Shown: piece by piece, positions 58,586 to 64,000 of the stretch
Position numbering within the stretch: position 1 is the first letter of the stretch
Layout: every line of letters begins with the position of its first letter
DNA from: a virus
Taxonomy: Duplodnaviria; Caudoviricetes
Length of the DNA: 64,000 nucleotides
IMG/VR virus record: IMGVR_UViG_3300023179_000027
Span: 32,001 to 96,000 of that record
Strand: one strand, 5' to 3'
Made by a program: the position numbers and the translations under genes
Notes under the pieces: generated by a model
Seen by the model: the letters and a program-made list of their open reading frames with translations, nothing else
The model's database searches: none
Told to the model about the DNA's origin: nothing

Positions 58586-60597
58586 TGACTAATAAATTAG
58601 TTAATTCTTCAGATCCATCTGCTAGAAAAGTAATAACCTATCAGAATAGTTTGGATAATTCTATTTCTTATCCTGCATCCACTGCTACCGTAAAAACCAA
58701 TAACAGTTCAAATACAGTTGTAGTAACTACTTCTGTAAATAATAATTCTGGAGATGTTGTAACTGTATATTCTACGCAGGGTAATATAGTTGTAAGTAGT
58801 GTTGACCAAACCATTAATAACTTTACAAGTGTTGATTCAGGTGTTTCGCAAATATTAGCAGGTAATAATGTTATTGTTGATTCAACTTCAGGAAATGGTA
58901 CAGGCACTGTTACAATAAATGTTGATTTAATACAAGGCACTCAAGGAGTACAGGGACTTGCAGGTTCATTTAGCGGGCAGGGTATACAAGGGGTTCAGGG
59001 TACACAAAGCATACAGGGTATACAAGGAATGCAAGGAATTCCAGGATCATTTGCTGGACAGGGTATCCAAGGTCCTTTAGGACCACAAGGACTACAAGGA
59101 CAACAAGGACTACAAGGAATTCCAGGATCATTTGCTGGACAGGGTATCCAAGGAAATCAAGGTACACAAGGAACAACAGGTTCAAGTATACAAGGATTAC
59201 AAGGAACAACAGGTTTAGGCACACAAGGATTACAAGGAACAACAGGTTTAGGCACACAAGGATTACAAGGAACAACAGGTTTAGGCACACAAGGATTACA
59301 AGGAACAACAGGTTCAGGTACACAAGGATTACAAGGAACAACAGGTTCAGGTACACAAGGATTACAAGGAACAACAGGTTCAGGTACACAAGGATTACAA
59401 GGAACAACAGGTTCAGGTACACAAGGGTTACAAGGAACAACAGGTTTAGGCACACAAGGATTACAAGGAGTTCAGGGAACACAGGGAGTACAAGGAGTTC
59501 AAGGTGTGCATGGAACTAACGGTGCCCAAGGTACCGTTGGGTCACAAGGAGTACAAGGTGTACAAGGTAGACAAGGACTACAAGGATTACAAGGACTACA
59601 AGGACTTATCGCCTCACAAGGTACACAAGGTACACAAGGTACACAAGGTATAGGCTCACAAGGCATTCAAGGTATACAAGGCGTACAAGGAACACAGGGC
59701 ATACAGGGCATACAGGGCATACAGGGCATACAGAGTTTGCAAGGAATTCAAGGTTCACAGGGCATATCAGGTTTTTTTGCGGCACAAGGGGTACAAGGAT
59801 TACAGGGTGATTTAGGAATACAAGGAATACAAGGAATACCTGGTAGTTTTGCGGCGCAAGGAATTCAGGGCGTACAAGGGGTACAAGGGTCACAAGGTGT
59901 GCAAGGTCCGCAAAGTGTCCAAGGCACACAAGGCAGACAAGGAGTACAAGGTACACAAGGTACACAAGGACTACAAGGTTTACAAGGTGTACAAGGCACA
60001 CAAGGAAGACAAGGTGTTCAGGGTACACAAGGACTACAAGGACTACAAGGACTACAAGGACTACAAGGACTACAAGGACTACAAGGCACACAAGGAGTAC
60101 AAGGTTTAATAGGAATTCAAGGACTGACAGGAGTAGGAATTCAGGGGTCGACAGGATCACAAGGTACAGTAGGAACTGGCACACAAGGCACACAGGGCCC
60201 AATAGGTAGTGTAACGTTACCTATAGCCAATGGTACAAGCAATATTAATATTCTAAATAATGGACCTATTACATTTAGTTCCAATGCTGTAGGAAATGTA
60301 CTTGTAATTACTAATACTACAGCTAATCTTGATGGTTCTTTAAATATAACTGGGACTCTAAATGTACCTACTATTTCGACTTCCAGTGCAAATACAACGC
60401 CTACTATTTCTAGCGGCACAGTATTAGAACTAACAGCAGTAGAAAAGGTATTTATTACATCTAGTCCATTACAATTAGTTTCTTTGACTACAACTGAGCG
60501 AAATGCAATTACACCTGTAGCAGGTTATCTTATTTTTAATGAAACTACAGGTAATTTTCAAGGCTATAATGGAAGTTCTTGGGTAAATCTAGCATAA
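58585..60597 (+). CDS. Collagen-like (Gly-X-Gln) fibre protein
   Basis: Long GxQ region; C-terminal LTTTERNAI...[16 protein letters not shown]. Confidence 0.75.
   Translation: MTNKLVNSSDPSARKVITYQNSLDNSISYPASTATVKTNNSSNTVVVTTSVNNNSGDVVTVYSTQGNIVVSSVDQTINNFTSVDSGVSQILAGNNVIVDSTSGNGTGTVTINVDLIQGTQGVQGLAGSFSGQGIQGVQGTQSIQGIQGMQGIPGSFAGQGIQGPLGPQGLQGQQGLQGIPGSFAGQGIQGNQGTQGTTGSSIQGLQGTTGLGTQGLQGTTGLGTQGLQGTTGLGTQGLQGTTGSGTQGLQGTTGSGTQGLQGTTGSGTQGLQGTTGSGTQGLQGTTGLGTQGLQGVQGTQGVQGVQGVHGTNGAQGTVGSQGVQGVQGRQGLQGLQGLQGLIASQGTQGTQGTQGIGSQGIQGIQGVQGTQGIQGIQGIQGIQSLQGIQGSQGISGFFAAQGVQGLQGDLGIQGIQGIPGSFAAQGIQGVQGVQGSQGVQGPQSVQGTQGRQGVQGTQGTQGLQGLQGVQGTQGRQGVQGTQGLQGLQGLQGLQGLQGLQGTQGVQGLIGIQGLTGVGIQGSTGSQGTVGTGTQGTQGPIGSVTLPIANGTSNINILNNGPITFSSNAVGNVLVITNTTANLDGSLNITGTLNVPTISTSSANTTPTISSGTVLELTAVEKVFITSSPLQLVSLTTTERNAITPVAGYLIFNETTGNFQGYNGSSWVNLA
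59191..59454 (+). repeat. 33-nt tandem repeat x8 encoding QGLQGTTG(L/S)GT
   Basis: Direct reading of DNA and protein. Confidence 0.9.
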
Positions 60598-60620
60598 AAA
60601 AAGGGCTCCAAAGAGCCCTT
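60596..60620 (-). terminator. Terminator between convergent genes
   Basis: AAGGGCTC-CAAA-GAGCCCTT with an A run on the left. Confidence 0.75.
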
Positions 60621-60650
60621 AATTAAGTATAATTATTATTAGGAATTTAC

Positions 60651-61010
60651 TTATTCTTCCTTAATAGGGTTTACTGATTTTACAAATTTACCTCGAGCCC
60701 TTATTGCATCAACAGAAGGAGTGACCTTTGTTACTTTTACTTTTACTTCACTACTAGAAGCATTTAATCTATCCTCAATAGCATCTTGAATCGTTGCTTT
60801 GTCACTGGGATTGGAAAACTCATTCAAAGTTAGCATATGATTTAATGCTTCCAATTTAGTCATTGGGGTAGCAAGTTCAACAAACTCACAGCGTGTGGCT
60901 CCGCCTTTAGTGAATTGTTTAACTCTCCGAACTAAATCATCAGTAAAACGAACTTTTGCATTGCCATTGTGAACAGTGATACCAACTACTTTAAAAGTCT
61001 TATTAGACAT
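60651..61010 (-). CDS. Hypothetical phage protein
   Basis: GAGG RBS before MSNKTFKVVG; TTGACA..TACAAT upstream. Confidence 0.6.
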   Translation of the reverse strand: MSNKTFKVVGITVHNGNAKVRFTDDLVRRVKQFTKGGATRCEFVELATPMTKLEALNHMLTLNEFSNPSDKATIQDAIEDRLNASSSEVKVKVTKVTPSVDAIRARGKFVKSVNPIKEE

Positions 61011-61107
61011 AATTACCTCATTAAAATTTAAGTTTATAAAAAAATCATTTACTACAAGCAAGATTGTAATATAAGTGGTTAATTTTGTCAACCATTAAAT
61101 TACCCAT

Positions 61108-61254
61108 TTAAAAGACTTGGCTAGGATATCCACATAAGTTGTCACCATACATTGCCAATAACATTTGATTTGCCTCATATGGATTATTAGCATTGACAGT
61201 AACACGCATAAAACTTCCTACACCAGTTCTTACATTAGCCCAATATGTATACAT
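61108..61254 (-). CDS. Small hypothetical protein (48 aa)
   Basis: AAGGAG RBS; VTVNANNPYEANQMLLAMYG resembles 8743-8892. Confidence 0.6.
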   Translation of the reverse strand: MYTYWANVRTGVGSFMRVTVNANNPYEANQMLLAMYGDNLCGYPSQVF

Positions 61255-61270
61255 TGACTTCTCCTTAAAA

Positions 61271-61687
61271 TTACTCAGTTACAACGTAGGGTTTGTTCCA
61301 CTTACCTATGTTAATGTCAAAGTAGTAAGCGGTATCAAAATAATCAATTTGTGCATCACTACGGTCGTAGTAATCAGCTGCCTTAAGTGCATCAATAGCT
61401 TCAGCCAAGAAAGCCTTAGCATCGCCGTCATAATGATCCTGAAACCAATAAGGGTTTACATCACAATAACCTGAAGTGTTAGGTCGAAAACCATTTGATA
61501 CTTGATAATGACTATTACCACAAACACGATTGCTGTTGGCAATAAAGTCAATTGGGCCAGATTTAAGAGTCAAGCAAATTGCCAGATGATTACGGACACT
61601 TAGCGAACCCTTGATACCGTATTTTTTAAGTACTGGAGCAAGTGCAGTAGCGATTTTTGCTTTGCGAGCTTGATTCATGTATGCCAT
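61271..61687 (-). CDS. Early phage protein
   Basis: GGAG RBS; TTGACA(61750)-17-TATAAT on the minus strand. Confidence 0.65.
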   Translation of the reverse strand: MAYMNQARKAKIATALAPVLKKYGIKGSLSVRNHLAICLTLKSGPIDFIANSNRVCGNSHYQVSNGFRPNTSGYCDVNPYWFQDHYDGDAKAFLAEAIDALKAADYYDRSDAQIDYFDTAYYFDINIGKWNKPYVVTE

Positions 61688-61752
61688 TTGTTTCTCCGTT
61701 TGATCAGTTTCAATACTATGTATTATAAACCCAAGTCCATTTATTGTCAACC

Positions 61753-62637
61753 TTAATCACCACGAAGTTGACGATGAACCTCAGCGTGATACAACATTCC
61801 TGTAGGATCCTGTCTTACATTATACATACTTGAAATGTATCCAAGTTCAGTACCATCCGAAATCTCTTTCGCAAGTTCCTCTTCAAGCAATTTTATACTT
61901 ACAGCAGTCCAATGCTCCTTCACACCAAAATCAGTCTTGCTAGTAGTAATTTTAACGACGGTCATACTTATTCCTTACTTAAGGGCTAAAGCTTGAAAAG
62001 ATTTAATAAAATCACGACCAACATCCAAACTTACATAGTCATAACCTTGCATCCCTTGCTCACTGTAGCCAACATCATCACCTGCTAGGCGAAGACTAAC
62101 CAAAAAGTGCTTAAGTTCATGCAAGAATAAGTTGTCGGTATATATAAGTCCGTCATTATCAACGTCCCAAGCATTAGTGTCAAAATAGACACGTAGTTCA
62201 CCAAAAGTGTCGTCCTCATTAACACAACCAATTTCAAGGCCTGTTACAGGAACATTTTTGGACATTTCTGACCAGTAACCAGAACCATTTGTACACAAAA
62301 CTTTTGAGACTAGTAACATTTTTTTTGCTCCGTTATTTAACTGTCAATAATGCTATTATAGCACCAAGCCCATTTATTGTCAAGCCACAAACCGATCATA
62401 ATTGCGAATTGGGCTATATTTATGGGGACTATTTTTCTCAGTATATGATACTACAATTCCCTTTAAAGCAAGGGCAGTTGTAAGTGTTGCTAGATCCAAA
62501 TCTTCTTCAAGATATACAGTCTGACCTTTTTGGTAGCTAAAACCACTAATTTTGTCAAGAATTCCTAGTTCAATCAATACTTTACGCTTAACTGCACCCC
62601 AACCATGACCAGGATCTGAGTAAAATTTAATCTTCAT
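61753..62637 (-). CDS. Three small early ORFs (61753-61965, 61975-62319, 62380-62637)
   Basis: Minus-strand promoters with -35 at 62383 and 62694. Confidence 0.55.
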
Positions 62638-62700
62638 TAAAGTTCCTTATTCTTACAATAACCACAGTATAACAAAGAACCCAATTATTGTCAAGTCATT

Positions 62701-62720
62701 AAAAAGCCCCTTTCGGGGCT
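62701..62720 (-). terminator. Intrinsic terminator
   Basis: AGCCCC-GAAA-GGGGCT then T run on the minus strand. Confidence 0.8.
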
Positions 62721-62723
62721 AAA

Positions 62724-63014
62724 TTATTTCTTGAAACTTGCTTGGTTTACGAAATCGTACATTTTTTGTGCAGTCTCTAACACTTTGTCTAGTCCTGGAA
62801 ATTCAGGCATACTTACTGTATTAACGATCTGTCCTGTTTTTTCATCACGTTTGGCACTCATTTCCCAACCTTGAAACTTCATTGTATATTCAGCTTGTAC
62901 AAGGTCTTTAGCCATATGTAATATATCTGTGCGAATTTCGTAACCGTTTTTGTTAAATTTAACTTCTGGAAGTCTTACATCGGGTAAAATACGCTCGCCG
63001 TAATTATTTGACAT
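62724..63014 (-). CDS. Hypothetical phage protein
   Basis: AAGGAG RBS; GYEIR.DIL.MAKD...A..MY.FV. Confidence 0.65.
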   Translation of the reverse strand: MSNNYGERILPDVRLPEVKFNKNGYEIRTDILHMAKDLVQAEYTMKFQGWEMSAKRDEKTGQIVNTVSMPEFPGLDKVLETAQKMYDFVNQASFKK

Positions 63015-63038
63015 TTTTATCTCCTTATGTGTGTATGT

Positions 63039-63338
63039 CTAATTTGATTTTTTAGCGTAGGCTTCTCTGTTAGCATCTGCCCAGGCATCCCAGCCTGCTT
63101 TAAAAAAGTCTATCCCAAAAGGATTAAACATTTTTTCAATCTTTGTGTTCAGCATTTCGTGACCTACAACGGTAGCAATACCTCCTACCACAGTTAATGC
63201 TGTTTTTAAAAATTTTGATTGTGCGTCAATATAGATATGACAGTTGTTCTTAATATCTTCATTTTGAATACATTTTTTAACCCATTGCTTTTTAGCATTT
63301 TGAACAGTGTCAATGAATAGTTCTGGTTGATTAAACAT
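63039..63338 (-). CDS. Helical protein, possibly phasin-like
   Basis: GGAG RBS; amphipathic FIDTVQNAKKQWV...YIDAQSKF. Confidence 0.45.
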   Translation of the reverse strand: MFNQPELFIDTVQNAKKQWVKKCIQNEDIKNNCHIYIDAQSKFLKTALTVVGGIATVVGHEMLNTKIEKMFNPFGIDFFKAGWDAWADANREAYAKKSN

Positions 63339-63734
63339 AGTTTCTCCCTGTGTGTTTATAATCTTTTTTATAACTAGATCAATAATTTCGGCGATTATAT
63401 GGAGTCAAAAAATCCCATTCTTCGCCTAAAACTTTATCTTTAGCAAGTAATTCGTCAATTGCAACTATCATGCATAAAAAAGTTAGTATACCAAATGGTA
63501 CTAATAAATTTTGTTCCATGTTAATTACCCATTAATTTAATTGCTGAACGCCATTTACCGCGGCGTGTAAGGTGACTTGCCAATAACCCTGTACACCATA
63601 CTTCATAAAACATTTTAACTATTTTCATTTCCATGCTCCATAGTTATGGTTAATCATGTACCGACGGGCACGGGCTTTACTACTCTTTTCTAATGCAATA
63701 AAAATTTTACGAAAGACTGCTAGTATGTAAGTCA

Positions 63735-63914
63735 TCATATGTATTTTTCCTTTTGAGAATTATATTCAAACTCTTTAATGTGATTTTCTAAAATGGCAGC
63801 ATCTGTAATGCTTTTTGATTTAAGATATTTCTCTAAACGATTTTGGTAAGAATCCTGAGGAAACATCTCTGCAAGTCGCTCAAGGATATTGAGCATAAAC
63901 TGCGATAGAGGCAT
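63735..63914 (-). CDS. Small protein, DUF3563-like
   Basis: AAGGAG RBS; RLEKYL.S..I.DAA.LE pattern. Confidence 0.45.
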   Translation of the reverse strand: MPLSQFMLNILERLAEMFPQDSYQNRLEKYLKSKSITDAAILENHIKEFEYNSQKEKYI

Positions 63915-64000
63915 ATTACACTCCTTTCTTACCGAAAGGCATAAAACATGATTTAAAGGTTTCTTGTTGAAATTCTTTATTGTTAAAAATAGCATAAACC

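Noticed and set aside
56536-60202. Antisense and shifted-frame ORFs (LVYLV, HKDYKD, PCNPCVP repeats)
   Set aside because: Shadows of the GxQ nucleotide repeats with no RBS or independent signal

Overview
AT-rich window from a large tailed-phage (jumbo-like) genome. This is inferred from dense small ORFs, a tRNA array, repeated consensus sigma70 early promoters, a TAAATA late-type motif and collagen-like fibre genes; the host is probably a proteobacterium. Layout: (1-6.7 kb) sugar-modification and radical SAM cluster; (6.7-21.5 kb) array of 26 CCA-ending tRNA or tRNA-like genes covering 19 amino acids (no Ala), interspersed with peptide deformylase, glycosyl/amino/acetyl/methyl-transferases, 2OG-Fe(II) oxygenases, HNH nucleases and several GC-rich structured non-coding segments; (21.5-54.6 kb) early small ORFs in promoter cassettes, DNA ligase, clpX-rpsU-hsp20-clpS...clpP, an unannotated ArfA-like ORF, infA, SOD and erpA; (54.6-60.6 kb) fibre and Gly-X-Gln collagen-like genes; (60.6-64 kb) minus-strand early ORFs. 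The best candidate for a new system is at the head of the tRNA array: an unannotated 41-codon leader ORF using 19 of 20 amino acids whose last codons can pair with the 5' arm of an intrinsic terminator. This is the geometry of a ribosome-dependent attenuator that could sense general tRNA shortage and switch on phage tRNA genes. The array also holds a topologically rearranged tRNA-Tyr, a Sec-like-scaffold tRNA with a UAU anticodon, two pseudoknotted candidate ncRNAs and rrn-like boxA sites. All calls were made by eye; no database search or folding program was run.
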